From Tubulanus polymorphus (Eukaryota > Animalia > Nemertea), in the NCBI RefSeq assembly GCF_964204645.1, contig NC_134025.1:5592871-5656870 (forward strand): 64,000 bases of DNA, read 5' to 3'. The notes below the pieces were generated by a model. That model ran no database searches and was not told the origin of the DNA. It was given only the letters and a program-made list of their open reading frames with translations. Shown here one piece after another: positions 16,331 to 31,500 of the stretch. The position numbers and the translations under genes were made by a program. The number at the start of each line of letters is the position of its first letter. Position 1 is the stretch's first letter.

Positions 16331-19300
16331 GACGTTTCTTGACAGAGAAGATCTGTTTTGAACGATGTGTTTTATAACGTAACCGCGGATTCACACAGAA
16401 CTCTAGATGTGACAATGAACACGTTTAAACAGCGGCTGTAATTCGATGAGATGTTTTTTCTACTGATGTCCCTTGAGCGAAGCGTTAAACAAACCGCTGT
16501 GAAATTATTATCCGTTACTGTCGTGTGACAATCCAATAAACTAATAACCTTTTACCGTCTGTTCTCAGACGACAATGCGAGCGTTTTTGATTTCTCAAAT
16601 GCCTCCGTGTTTGTGCTAACATCACGAATCATAAAACAAGCATTGACAAATTTTGAAAAGCATTAGCATCAGCCTTCGTCGCTGAAGAATCGACTCATCT
16701 GTGATTTCTTTTCGCAGCGGCGTCGACGAGCTATCTTAGAATAATCCGCTACTTCGATAACGGTCGCTATTGTGATCGACGATCTCCGTCGCTCGTTCGC
16801 TTTAACGCCGCGAAAAACGTAACATTTCTAATAACATCAATTGCGCATTCGTCTTGTTTCGGAACTCCGACACTTGTCAAAGGACGTCGGATATGTCATA
16901 TCCTCGAGGAAAAGCTTTAATCAAAGGATTTAATAAAACAAAGTGTGTGAACTGATCACCTCCGTTTGCTTTTTTAGCGTCGAATTTGTTTGACAGATAT
17001 CATTTCATGTTTCCTCATGAGGAAATCGCCCATAATGCGCCTCACGGCTCAAACAAATTAAAGCAAACCACAATGATGCGGGTATATACGGAGTACAGCT
17101 GTGGCCTGTATGCACGGCGTTTCATTGTGATGGTTTTATGAAAATTATATGGGAACGATTCAATGACATCATTCTGTGCAACTCGAAATGCAACGGGGAC
17201 ACGCGGATATTTAGATTTTATTAGAATGATTAGAATACCATTTTCAAACAGCTGGCCAGTGCTCATCAACTATCTATTAGATCTAATTTTTGAAGTATGC
17301 AATCTTCGGCCTATAATCTTCGGTTTCCTTTTACGATTCCTATTAGTATGAAGATAATCTTATGAATATTCCAGTGCTTTTGGGAGCATTTTCAACATAA
17401 TCACCGTTTCTTGGACAGATTTTTTCCTGACTAATTCAGTTTGATATTCACCTCAGACATTTTGAGATCTTCATCGCGGCGATTTTGAATGATGACATGG
17501 TAAAAGATCGTCGAACCACATAAATCTACTCGTAGCTAAATCATTAAATGTTAATGTAGATTGCACCTCAGGTGAAAGTGCAAAGATTTTTATGGTCATC
17601 ATTTGCAACGCAGCTTACGTTGTTTCGGGCGCAATTGGGACGTGTAAAAAAGCTACATTATGTATAAAATCTCAATTCCACACGGATCTGACCGATAGAA
17701 ATATGATATCATTATCTAAAGCAATTAATAGTGTGGCCATTAATTCGCGAATCCAGTTACAACGCGGATGTAGAACTGATAAAGCAGCACGGACCATACG
17801 AAGACATCTGGTCTAGTCAACATTGAGATCCGGTCATTTAGCTACAACATTGAACTCTATCATTACACTTTATGTTCTGTGAAATGACTCCAAACCAAGA
17901 TCCCGTCGCGGATTTGTCTCGCTCCTTCTTTACTACGCACAAATCAGGAAATCGTGGTTTGATGGTTGCCAGTGAAAGAATCCCATTTAACTATCTATAT
18001 TTGGAAACACTTTATAAGCCATGAATTGTTTGAAGAATGTACCGTCTATCGAACTTGGTTGTAGTAAACTTGTGAAGAAGATATTAGAAGTGACATGTTA
18101 ATGGGTGAACATACAAACGATCAATTGGAATTAAAATTGTCCATTATGGTTTTACGTCTAACCACCTGGCTATTCCCATCACTAGTTTTGCAATCCTATA
18201 AAGTGTTTCACTTAGCATTACGCAGAACATTATCTTGTGATAGCATTTCCATCTTTTTAGAAATAAAAGCAGGAAAATGACTTAAATAACTGGTCGTATT
18301 TCGAAACCGAGTTGGCCATATCAAATTTGCTGGACAACTTTTCGCGATGTATCTCAATGACAGCTTAATTGCTATCAATAGAAAAATTCTATTGTTTTTT
18401 TCTGACAATAAACCTGTTGGTTTTTGTCATCGAACTAATGTCACATTGTGAGGTACAAATCAAATGCTCTCGCGGGTACGGTTTGTGACAAGTTATTTTT
18501 TGTTGGTGCGCAAGTAATTTTCTACTATCTCGCGAAATTCGATTGGTCCACCTTGGGACTGGTTTTATTTATCAGCGAGATTCGTACCCGATGAAATGAA
18601 GCAAAAACAATTGTACGCGACTAATAACTGAGACTGGTTGACTCACTGACTCGCTCGCCACATATAATACAGCTATCTTGACAGTAGTATTTTCGTCTTT
18701 AATACGGGAGATGTAATTAAACTTTCCATTAATCTGATTGAAATCTCAAACATCCCTCGACATGGGAATAATATGAATTTGCTGTCGGTTTAAATGCCGG
18801 AAAACGGAAATCGGTGGGATATATTTCAAATAGAATTTCAGATTAGCGCTCGGAGATTTGAACATGTTAAATTTATATCGTCATATGAAACGTTCAAGTC
18901 GTCGGCGCGGGTTTGATTCATCTGGAAAAGCTGAAATTATTTTATTCTAATGCCGCATTTTCATAAAATATGTACTAAAATGCGTTATTTTTCCTTGAGA
19001 CGTTTAACCCTTAGGTGATAATAATTTGTAGATGTAAAACTATAGCTGTATGTTAAGGGATTTATATTGACAGTGTGAGGGATCAAGAAGGATCACGATG
19101 TCTATTGGTGGTTCCAGTACCATATTCAACGGCCTCATTCAACATGTATGTAATAGAAACCATAAGTTGCGTACACACAAGTGCCTTAGACAGAGTTCAT
19201 TTCTTTGTGAACTCCCAATTTCAAGGTACAAAGTCGTCTAAGTTATTTGTAAAGCAAACTTCAGTTTTGATTAGCTAGTCTGTGCAAATTTTATCGACCT

Positions 19301-22300
19301 AATATTAGAAATCACTCCGTCATTCGATTGACTCTCACTATCAGCTGGTTAAGATTCTTGATTTCCTGGTTATCATTTCGCCTTCATTATTTTCTCCGAT
19401 CGGAAAATTGCTTTCGTAATAAATAACGCGGTGGTCGGTGAATGGCAGGATGATCTAGTGACATTGAGCGGTCAGTTTTCGTACTCGCTCATAACTCGCC
19501 GGCTGACCAAAATGGCATCAGGACCGCTCAGCTATAATTCTTATGATTGATTATCTGGTGAGATTATGTGTATGGATAGATTTGTATGCGCTACTGTAAT
19601 CACTGGCGATTAAAACAGCATGACCAAGCGCGAGAACGATCCGAGTATCCACGTAACCAACCGATCGCTGCGATTGATGATGATGGTCAATATTGCAAAG
19701 CAACCACCTTGTTTCAAAGAATCTTCTTTTTTAATTGAGGAAGACTTTCAAATTTTTTTTATCATCGAATGATGAATTGAATGCTCTTATATCAAAGTAA
19801 CATATCATTTTGGGTTATGCAATTATTGAACATTATTCAACGAATTACGCTGTTGGTCAGCGATGACGTTTTGCAAGCATCTCGACAATGCATCATATCT
19901 AATAACTCATAGTGTACTTAAGTTTCCTCAATGTTTGGTGAATACATTTTTATGCCGTGTTCAAAGCTTGAGCCGCAAATGGGAAATGAAAGCAAAAAGC
20001 CCTGCTTGCCTTTGGCATTATGCATCCATAATGCCTCTATTTTGGATTATAACGCTGTACGCGTAAATAATGTCTGACATAGCACATTTACGTCATCGTA
20101 AGCTGTTTATTCTTTCACAAAATGTGTATCGTGTTTCTTACGATAAGATCGAAATTAATCGTTTATTGCCTTCTTTTATTTTTCTTTGCAGAATGATACA
20201 GAATTCGCATATAATAAGGTAAGGCATAATACATTGAAAATCGTTGACAAGAACAAAACAAAATAATTTATATTTTACACTTCAACAACAAAATTGTATT
20301 ATATAATAGCATGTAATTCGTATGAATATGCTTTATACTACGTTCATATGAACAGTTGAGTTTTTCAGTCGCCCTATTATTGGCACGTGTAATTCGCATT
20401 GTATCGAAGATGGCTGTTTTTTAACGGTTAAGTTCTAAACAAAGTGCTTTCACGTGTAGTTTTTCTACGCCACTGATTGTGTTTTACCTGAAATATAGTT
20501 CAAGTGCAGTCGATTTACGTATGCTGGTCTAACCTACGGGATGTTTAATCGACGCTTGTGCAACACGCTTTTGTCTGACACTATAAAGAGCGCTAACAAT
20601 CAACTTCTGCAAATATTTTCATTGCAATCTTGTAAAAATATGTGATGTTATGATACACTACACGTGCGGCTTCATAAAATTCATAAAATTCTTTAAACCG
20701 CGATGTATATCGTCCCAGTTCTGCTGGTGATTTCGTGCTACGATTTTTTAAAAATCACTTGGTTTTAATTAGTTGTGGATTGTTTATAGAATTGAGCCAA
20801 GAGCCTTTTCTTTAAAGTGTAACCAGCCACTGAGTTTGAAATGCAGATAAAAATCGAAACTTGATAATTGGCGCTTGAAAAGGTTTTCGTTAAACTTGTG
20901 TGTGGAAGTAGTTTTTTTACTATAAGAAAAGTTGGTGTGGGAAGCTTGAAGCGCGTGCTTATAAAATGCGAAAGCATTTGATGTAAAACTGTGCCGACAG
21001 AGATCATGATAAAACCATTAACTCTAAAATGTGTAAAGCCTTTGAGGACTGATCAGATCTGACAACATTACCGCCAGCCTGGTCACAGACCCTGAATCGT
21101 GTCCCCCTTCAAGTGCTCTTACCTGTGTTTGCCTTCTTGTGTGCACTTATTGGGTTAAAAACCAGCAATTACGGGCGCCCTTGCTTCGCTTCTAGTTATG
21201 ATGTCACCTGCCTCGGGTATAGTTCATGTTGTCTTCGTTTGTAACGACTTCGGGTTCGAAATTAACGAGCTTTAAACTCCCCCAGCAAATAGTATACATG
21301 CCGCGGAAATCTTCGGATGAAAAAACAGCTATTCATTCTCAAACAATTCGAGTGAATATGAATCTTTCTGGTCCGAAAAATTAATTCAAGGGAAAAATAT
21401 TTGCCAATTATAAAGCAGTGACTCATTGCGTACACAAAATCAAATTATGAAATAGGACTTTCAATATAATACGAGCTTGAAAGAGACCCATCTGTGGGAT
21501 TCCTCACTGTGGCTCAGAAATTTTCTACGCTTTCATTATACGTACGAATTATATAGGATGATATATCATTCTATATCCGTGTTTATTTTTGTTGTTTAGA
21601 AATGTACATAGACAAACTTGAAATACATTACATCATTAATTTGTTCAGCGGTATACATCACTTTCTTGTAAGCGAGAAAAAAATGAAAAGATCATCATAA
21701 AAGCGGTTATGTTTGGTGGTTTGTTTTGTTTCTGCTGAAATCTGGCTGAACAGGCAAGGGTTTTATTCAGTGGTCAAAAGACGCGCTAATGAAGTTTCGC
21801 TAAGTATGAGTCAGGAAGTATTCATCAAGGGAGACTGCGGAGTTAAACCATCACAACGACGCTGGTGCTGGGCTCGTGATGATAGATTCGACCGCAATTC
21901 ACGCATTGTAACTTTGCGCGCGCGCGCGTTGCGTTCGTTTTCATTAACCTTTCTTTCAAGGCGCTCTACGAGTGGTACCTATTTGCAAATTCTACGCCAG
22001 TTGTCTTGATAAAATTACGACGCTGATTAGCCATGTCCTGCTTGTTGACAATCTTCCGAACTGCTATCAACCCACTTCATTTCCACTACTACCTACTATC
22101 AGTAATTAGCTGACCTTTCGTTGTATGCCCCCATACACAAAAGGTGAATAATGCAATTTTTAAGCCGTGATTTTTCTACCGCGTCCATGCTATTTCCCTC
22201 CCGTATATCATTTATTTTTATCAATCCAACTTGTACCGTTATCCAGAAAGTGATAATTGCTTACTTCCTTCGGCCAGAAATTACGAATAAGCTAAAAATT

Positions 22301-22379
22301 AACTTCGTAGAAACTTGATAATTACGGTATACGTTTTTCCTGTAAACAAGGAATATTTGAATATAGTATCTTTTGAAAA

Positions 22380-22518
22380 ATGGTCGAACAAACGAAATCC
22401 ATGGCAAAATACTTGATACTCAATTTGATTTTATGCAATGGCTTGATTTATTTTCAGGATCAGTACTGTGTCACTGGATGTAATGCCGCCTTAGATATAT
22501 ATACTGAGGATATTTTGG
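22380..22518 (+). CDS. ROS1: RTK exon 1: start codon and signal peptide ([19 protein letters not shown]...)
   Basis: ATG at 22380 or 22401, hydrophobic leader, donor GGgtgagt at 22519. Confidence 0.7.
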
Positions 22519-25500
22519 GTGAGTCTGAAACTCGATATCATCAAATACTTAAATCCTATCATTATCGTAGTAGTTAGAAATATATGTATTTGATTATACT
22601 CGAAGAGGCACTTCATGGATCTAACGATTTTTGTCGGTTCATCTCAAATAAATACATTTCTAATATGTAGCGTAACTTTTCATTTTCATTTTACAGAGGC
22701 TTTCGGAAAATTGCCACCGCCTGTGTTAGCTGCATCTAGTCTTACAAACACTTCATTAGGATTGCGATGGAGTGGTAAAATGCTGCATAATGTATCGTAT
22801 ATATTACAATGGAAATATACAAATATAAGCCCCAGTGAATGGCAGGTGTACGGGAGAATCAATTCGGGCCGCGTTACAGTCAAATATCTTCGCCCGTATA
22901 CCCGATATCAGGTAATAACATGCAACATATCCATTACGATTATTACTGCTTTAACAGATTTCCGTAAGATCATCTAGAAAATGCATATATATGATTGCTT
23001 TTGTTTCCTGCTGTGGATAATGATAGGCATAAGATGGATCAGGTTTTCGACTTGTTCGCGTTGAAAAGTTGGCATCGGTATCAGTGGAAAATGAGTTTTG
23101 CTAGTTACACCTCCGTGACAGGCGAGAAAATAGGATAACGTGGCTTGGATAACTTCTCCAGCCGCTGACTTACATATTTCAATCTGGAGTTGATTGATTC
23201 ACCAGGCGATCAACTGTTGTGATTGCAGTTGTATTATATCGTAAAATGCCACTGAATTTAGGGGACAGTACTTCGTTGCGATGAACGTTATTTGTTTGAA
23301 AATATTAATATATTGACATGACATGATGATTAAAAAATACGATGACACATGAATCGTACAAGATGGCTGGGAACCCACTCCCTTCATTAGATATTACTAC
23401 AAGCATGCGGCTTGGCATTCTGCTCAAGTGAATTGCAATGACCTGCAATTATTTTATGCAGCTACTGAACAGAAAAGTAATTTGTGACGCTGCCGGATAA
23501 TTACCAGTATCTGCGGGTTGTAAAATGTGTCCTGCGCTATAATTGTGCCAGTCGCGCGCGCATTGTCAGTTAGGAGTCAAACTCTCATCCTTTTTGAAGC
23601 ATTACGTAAAATGCGGGAAACCATCACCGGGGTTGTATTAGGTTTTATATGAGCGCATTAAAGTTAAATTTCCTCGCGTTGGTTTAAATTACATCGTTTA
23701 TAGTTAGAAATCGGGTGATTGGAGAATTTGGTTTCATTGCATTATGTAGGAAAATGTATAGATAAAATTCCTTTTCTTCTTAGTTCCGTATAGTAGCAAA
23801 AATTACCTCAAGACACATGGTAGAAACGCCAGCAACCATTCCAATCCTTACTAAGGCTAGTGGACGTAAGTTTCCAATGCGTTACCTTTCTGTGGACTTT
23901 GGCTATAAAGATAACGTGTCCATTTTCCATTTACAGAATGTATATTTCCATAATCTTTGTGTATTCATCGTGAAGAAAAACATCATGATATTCAGTCAAA
24001 TAAGGGAAGTTTTAGAATTTTATGACGTTGAATCCCTTTCGTTGTAGCACCATCAACTGAGCCCGTGATATTAAGTATAAGCAGTCCATCATCTAGTGTT
24101 ATTCATCTATCATGGAAACCTCCTCGTTTCACTAACGGTCCATTGACAGGATATCGACTTTGTCTACGTCCTCTCAATAACAGTCTCGATGGTGAACTAC
24201 TGAAAGAGGTGTCCGCATCATTGACAGCTTACACCTTTAGTAACCTGCAAAATAATACAGCATACGAGGTTTCATTATTGGCATGGAACTCCGAGGGGCG
24301 CGGACCTGATGCCAAAGCAGAGGTTGTTACCCAAAAAACTGCGGGTGAGCCATTCATTTCCGAATATATAATTATCGTTTTTTGAAAATAATTCTTCGTG
24401 GAAAGTTCGTTATAAGCAAGAAAATAACTTCTAAAGAATTGCATATCAAGTTCGCGAGTCGTCTCTATCTGCCGTAGATGGCAGCAGCTCCAGTACTGCC
24501 TCAATCAGTAATTATAACAGCCCTAAAATAATCTTTAGGTATCGTTGCTGTTCCATACATGATACTGGGTGCCGATAGCATGATACTGAAAAAAGATATT
24601 CGTGACGTTTTAACTTATTCCAAAACAATGTATGACGGGCCAGAAAATGTTCTGATATTTGGTAAGTATGAACGCATCGAGATGTGTGAAATAAAATATG
24701 ACACCATTCAAAAGTATGAAATAAAAAAATTTATTCTTTGCAAACGTTAAAGATATAAAAAAGAAAAGGCATGGGGTTAAGCACGTTTATATGCATAAGC
24801 ATGGGTCAAAAGGCCTTGTTCTTTTCTCTACGTCGTGTCCTTTGATTAAGCAAAAGGGGACATTTGTTTTATTTAAAAATCCCAAAGATCTTTTTAAGTA
24901 ATTTCAATTGGAATTGTCCCCTGTTGTTTCTCAGTTCTTCTAATGCATATATATATATATGATTATATTATATTCAAATTGAATATTTTGTATATGTATC
25001 TAAATGTCTCTGTCTTGTCTGTACTCGAGTCTAAATTGTATGTATCAATTACAACATTGGAATCAACTTTACACCACACGCAGCTTATATCATTTAGCTT
25101 TTCACATTACATCGATAAAAGTCTCTGTCTATCGTTCTTGTTATGTGATATTTAATTTTTCAATATATTCTTCTTCTGCGTACAAAAGGAAAAGTTATCG
25201 CCAACATCTATTGGACGATACAAATGAGAGGTAAAAATAAATAAAAATCCAAAACCCGGATGCGATGTTGTCACTATTACACGTGTGTCTGTGTGTATTT
25301 TTTGTATTGACACTTTTTACACTTGCTCAATCATACGTACACTTTTTACCAATGCACTTTTCTGAAAAACCAAGTACCAAATGCACAGAAAAATGAATTG
25401 CTTCTATAGGTTTAATCTTACAGAATCACAGTACACTCTTTTTGCACTTCATTTTGCTTACACACTTACACTAGCTTTCTGCACATGTGATTGTTTTTGA

Positions 25501-28500
25501 GTCATCACGAAAAATCTACTTGAATACTTTTCCAAATGTGCTGTCTCTCTCTTGATCGGACTTGATGTTTTTTTGTTTTTCTGAAATTCTTATGTTAATT
25601 GATTTAAATTAGAAATTAAATCAAATTGTTTCTGTGTAAAAGAAAATTTTTCAATATATTTGTCTGTTGTAAAATGTCCGTTACCTTTCCCCGTATTTTA
25701 TAATGATTATATTTCATTGAACGTAAGTAAACATTTAATTGTTTATTTATGCACAAATGAATCGTGCTGAAAATATTTATTCCCACGCCGGCCCTGCAGT
25801 TTTGATTTATCCCTTTTCGATCGCTTTCCTTTTTCATGAGATAAAAACATTCTAATATCTGATCATGTAAATGTGGTGGTGACTAACATTCAGAGATTTA
25901 TCAATCATTGTTACAGGTGTTGCCGTCCACACCGGAAAGAACATAATATTTTTCTCCGATAGCGCCGGTAATATTCATCGATTGTTTCTCGATCAGGAAA
26001 ACATGCAGCAAGTTGTTTATCATAGTTACAATGTGCCATCTGCCCTGAGCGTTGATTGGTTAAATGATCGGGTTTATATGGTAGAAGGACATACGGTAAA
26101 TCAAATTGAAATTTACGCTACATTTGCCATTTCTTCAATATCTTCCTCAGTGGACCCCCCCCCCCCCCCATATTCATCAACTACCTCATTGAACCAGGAA
26201 AAACGGAGCTATTTTGTTCATCATACTTTCATTTAAAATATGTGAATTCTATCATCGAATGAACAAGGTCTTCAAAATGCCTCAAAAAATTAGAATTGTT
26301 CAACAAAGTGATAATAAAATGATAGTAATAACATGTGTATTCCGTCGTATTGTATTGTATAGATAAAGCATTGCGACTTGGAATATCAAGAATGTCAGAA
26401 AGTGATTGTGAATTTGTATCCACCAGCTGATGATGTTAAAGCTGATCCATACAACGGGTACGTTTCACGATCAAGTAAAAATAGTAATATCCTCTCCACC
26501 AAACTGATTCATTATATTTCATGTGCTTTTTCAGTTATCTTTACTGGACACAAAATGGTAAACAGAAAGGTATTTATAGGACCGATTTGAAAAGGTTCTC
26601 TCGGACTGTGATCAGAAACCCATCCCTTTACCGGATTGTCGAAATTGATCGTCTATCGACACTATTCATTGACTATCAAAATTATCGGCTATATTTTCCG
26701 AATGGAACAAAAAACACGATCATGTCAACTTCTCTGGATGGTTCAGATTTGATCGACATTCGAACTAATGCTCAACGGAAGGATTTTGTTACTGTGAAAA
26801 GTCTTGTATATTATGACGGCAAATTCGTCTGGACGAACGGAGATTTTCTCGGAAAAGAAGAGTACGACCCTCTGAATAATATGTATCACCATACACAGGT
26901 TTACTTGAGGAGAGAAAAATATTTTTGTGGATTAACTTTGTATCATCCTTCCGCACAGCCAATTCCAGGTAAATCTTACTAGATATTCTAGATAAAAATA
27001 AAATTATAAAATTCTAGATATTCTCCAGTAGTGCATACTGGGGAATTGGTGGAAATTATCATCAATTCCAAAAATGCATGAATATATCAATTGATTTTCA
27101 GTGCCTGCAAATCCCCCGGTTGCCGTACAAGCATTGTTTACTGATAATTCATGTATAGTCAGCTGGCGAAAACCACCACTTCTAAAAGAGAAAGGTGAGT
27201 GAATATATCTTATATTTTCTAATAATTCACTGAAACCCGAATGATGAGGATAAGAGATGAGATATGTCTCAAGTAGAACTGGTTCTTTTCCTAGGAGGTT
27301 GTAAATGAGAGAAAGGTAGTTCACATAGTAGGGTCTTTCTCTCAAATACAGCTTCCCAGGAGGTGAGCTTTTAGCAGCATCATACAGATATGAGACGTCA
27401 GTCACACTATTCCGTTCTAGGTAAAGTATTTCACAAGTTGTGTCTGGTAGTTTGGCTCTATTTTCAAATGAAATGTTTACTGACATTTCATTTTATAACA
27501 GGAAAAGAAGCGTGGCAAAGATGGGTTTATGAGATTGCTCTGCGAGATGAGATGAATATAACGCGAACCGTCAACAGGGTACGACGAATGAGATATAGGA
27601 TTTATCATCTGAAACATAACACGAAATATCACATCAAAGTACGCGGATATACTGAAGGAGGATATGGACCGTGGTCAACAGAGTTTACTGGATTAACGCT
27701 TCCATACCGTAAGTTATTTCGGTTTGAAGATATTATAGTTTCCAACAACTCAAATGCGAGGAAACAAATCCATCGCGTTACACCTGGATATGTTAGTTTT
27801 TCATCATCTACATTTCATTTTAGAACCAGTCCACCCCCGCATACTGGCTGCCAATGAAGACAGTATTATTCAAGCTGATATTGATGGAAGCAACCAAATA
27901 CCTATTGTAAACTTCGAACGAGATGACGTCAAAGCAAAGATAACGGATATACACATGTATAAAGGAATGTATATATGGAGCATGGATAATGGACGAATTT
28001 ACAAATATCACAAAAATGACTCCCAATTAAGTGATGTACCTCATATTCACGACGCAACATCCATCGTGATCGATTGGTTATCTGGAAAGATCTACTGGTC
28101 TAACGTTAAACAGAGCATGGTAAATTACTGCAACTCTTTTAACGCCAGGTTTCTAATTGTAGCCTTTTCTATCATCATTAGCGTTTTCAATTTTAGATAT
28201 TTAGATCCGATTTATCTGGAAATTCAATTGAAACCGTATATCAGGCGTCTGCTCAGGACATGGCAATAGATTCGATGGCTGGGTATCTGTACTGGACAAC
28301 AACTCATACTGTGGAATGTTCAATACTGAATGGGGCTGGTCATTATACATATAAGACGTTACCTTTTCTGTCGGAAAAGTTCATGTATATCCTCGGTTTG
28401 ACACTGGATCTTCAGGATGAACAGCTTTACTGGATTGTGAAAAGTTACGAAGGAGCATTGCTTTACACTGCACCTATGAATAGCGGCAGAGCTGCAAAGA

Positions 28501-31500
28501 CAAACTCTCAAGTGAAGCAAATTGGAACTTTGAAAGCAGTTTCAAGGTATTTTTACAAGTGTCCAGTATCAGTGATTTACGTTCATGGATTTTATGATAC
28601 TGAATTTGACTACCGATATCTCGTATTTTTCAGGATGCCTATGCTGCATTATTATAGTAATCGATTGTTTTGGTTGAATGGAGAAGATGAGGCAGTGATA
28701 AGTGATGAAACAGGCAGCAATCCTGCAGCGATCAAATTCAGAAGTAAAACAGTCAGGACAATGACAGTTATTCATCCTTCTCTTCAGCCATACCCAGGTA
28801 CTGACGGAGCAGTTTTTGTACACATTAATAGATTCTGAAACTAATATTTCAGGAACTAAACAACTTAAACCTGTGATAAGGTAACTATCCAAATATTATG
28901 ATTGCAGAGGGTCATACCTGGAAGACAGTGACAGTGGTCCCTGGGGATATTCCAGCCACAAGTTTAGATGTAAAAGGCAACTGGTCAGATTTCAACATCA
29001 TTTGGCCATTGGAGAGTACTGTAAATCATGGGGATGTTTATTACGAGGTTTCGTTGCAATATGGCGTGGTGCAGAAAGTTATTGTACGTTCTAGTAGCCG
29101 ATATCTTCCGAAAATTCTTTTTAAAAATAGAAATTCGAATATAGTTTTCTTACATTTAGATAACCGACAAACCAGCCTATAATATAAAGAATCTAAAACC
29201 ATTTACAACGATAACGGTATCTCTGAGAGCCTATACACACTGGGGTTCATCAAAAACTACATCATCTAAACTTAAATCCCCAATGTCAGGTACGTCCAAT
29301 ACATTATGTAAATTTCTCTGGTGATTATTCTGATTATTCGCTATCTTAGATACACGAACTTAGGGATTGTCAATGCTTTTTTGCAGAACCAAGTATTCCA
29401 CTGAATCCAAGAGCCTTTGTCAGTTTCAATCAGAAATTCGCAAAATCTGAACCGACTGTTCACATTGAATTTCGATGGAATTGCCCGGCTGAATTGAATG
29501 GCGTTTTGAATGGTTTCCACGTATTTTATCAGAAAAGCGACGGAATTTGGGAACGCCAAATGCTCGGACCACATATAAACCACTTCCAGTTGAACAATGT
29601 GGATAAGAATTCAATTTACTCATTTCAAGTAGATGCCTGTTCACATGTTGGTTGTAGTAATAAAACCAAACCTGTGTCTCTCAATGCATCAGAACCAAGA
29701 CCAATACCACAGATCCTAGTAGCTCAAAACGACACTTTATTGAAGTTGGATGTTGATGAAAAAACAGGAACTCCAATTGTTCGTGCAAAACCTCTTTCTG
29801 TCGCGTATTTAGCAGCCGATCATTTGTATTTTTGGCTGAATGCGGAAAAACAAATCATGAAGTATGATGGCACGTCAAAAGTTGAGGTAACTCATCTCTT
29901 AACTTGGTCTACTTATGAAGACTTGCGATCTTCTTTTTAACACTTATAACCACTATGTTTTGCAGATTTACCACTTGGGAGATGAAGAAGCACACGGTCT
30001 TACTGTAGATTGGATTGGAAGAGCATTGTACTGGCTGGCACGTCAGCCTGATGGCACCACAACAATCATGTTACATTCTATTGATCGAAAGGATAAACAC
30101 GGATTGAAGTTGTTCAACCGAACTAATCCAGTTTCTGATCTTAACATTGATCCTTATCGCAGGTAAGCATCATACTCCATATTGTCGTCATGCAATTAAA
30201 GATTCAGTTTTGTTTACGGCCATTCACACTGACACATTTCTATCATAATTTCAGTACGCTTTACTGGACTGAACAATTTGACAATGACATCAAACTAATC
30301 ACATCATCTCTAAATGGTGAAAACGTTACGGAATTAATCAAACCAATAGTTCGTCAGAAGCGGGATGTAAACATGTGCAGCTGTAGCGCGCTAAAACTTG
30401 GGCCACAATTTACCGTGGATCACTCCAATGCTGAAGAGGTTTCTCTTTACGTAATTGACCGGGATACACATTACATCTATAAGACAGATTTGACTGCTTG
30501 CAACTGTAAGCTTATATTCAAAGGTGGAAGAACAGTTGATGAGCCAGGTTAGTCAACATGCGCTGTAAACTGTCGTTAGTTTTGTAAAATATTGGCAGAA
30601 TCTACATTTACAGGTGACTATCATTTATTTCAGGACTCCCTCCTGATGATATGACAGTTGATTCCAGTCGGCTATACTGGTCAAACCAGAAACTCGGGGT
30701 CGTAAACAGCGTCGACAAGAACACTGGAAAGAATTTCTTTCCAGAACGTCTCGATGAGGTCCTAGAGATTGTAGCTTTTGGTCCTCACCTGCAACCACTT
30801 CCCGGTAAGATTTATCGGCGGAAACCAGTGAACTTATTAATGCCTAATTGTGATGTAACATATTTTCTGAATTGTTTAGTCGAAGAAAATATTTTGGAAA
30901 ATTACTGAAAAGAAACATGAAAATCTGAATCAAACCGAATACATGATTCATTGTGAAATATTTCAAACTTGTTTGTAGATCTAAGTTGTTTGATGCCTGG
31001 TGATCAAACAGAAAAGGCTCAATATGCAGGAAGTACAAATACATCCATCAGTTTACTACTGCAACCACCTGATTATATTCCTAAATGTAACAAAATCTCC
31101 CGATCACCAACAAAATACAGAGTTCATTATCGAAGAGTGGATGAAAATGAAACGTTGTCGAAATGTGCTGTCAGTGTTGGATGCAGTGTTCAGGTATTGA
31201 AGATTCCTCTCCACGGTTTTTTGTTAGTATTGAAGATGATAGTTTACTGAAAAGTTGCAATTCATTTTCAGGAGGATTTTAAAACTAACATCGTTGTCGG
31301 TGGTTTGGAGCCGTATTCAAAATACGTATTTCAAGTGTCAAATGAGAACTTTTACAGTGCTGGATTACCTCCGGTGTTCGGTCCACCCGTTGAATACCAC
31401 ACCAAGGAAGGAAGTGCGTATTACCTACACTCTAGCATCTGCTGTCATTTTTACTTACTTAAGTATTCAAAAACACTTGGTAATGTATCGTTATCTTCTC

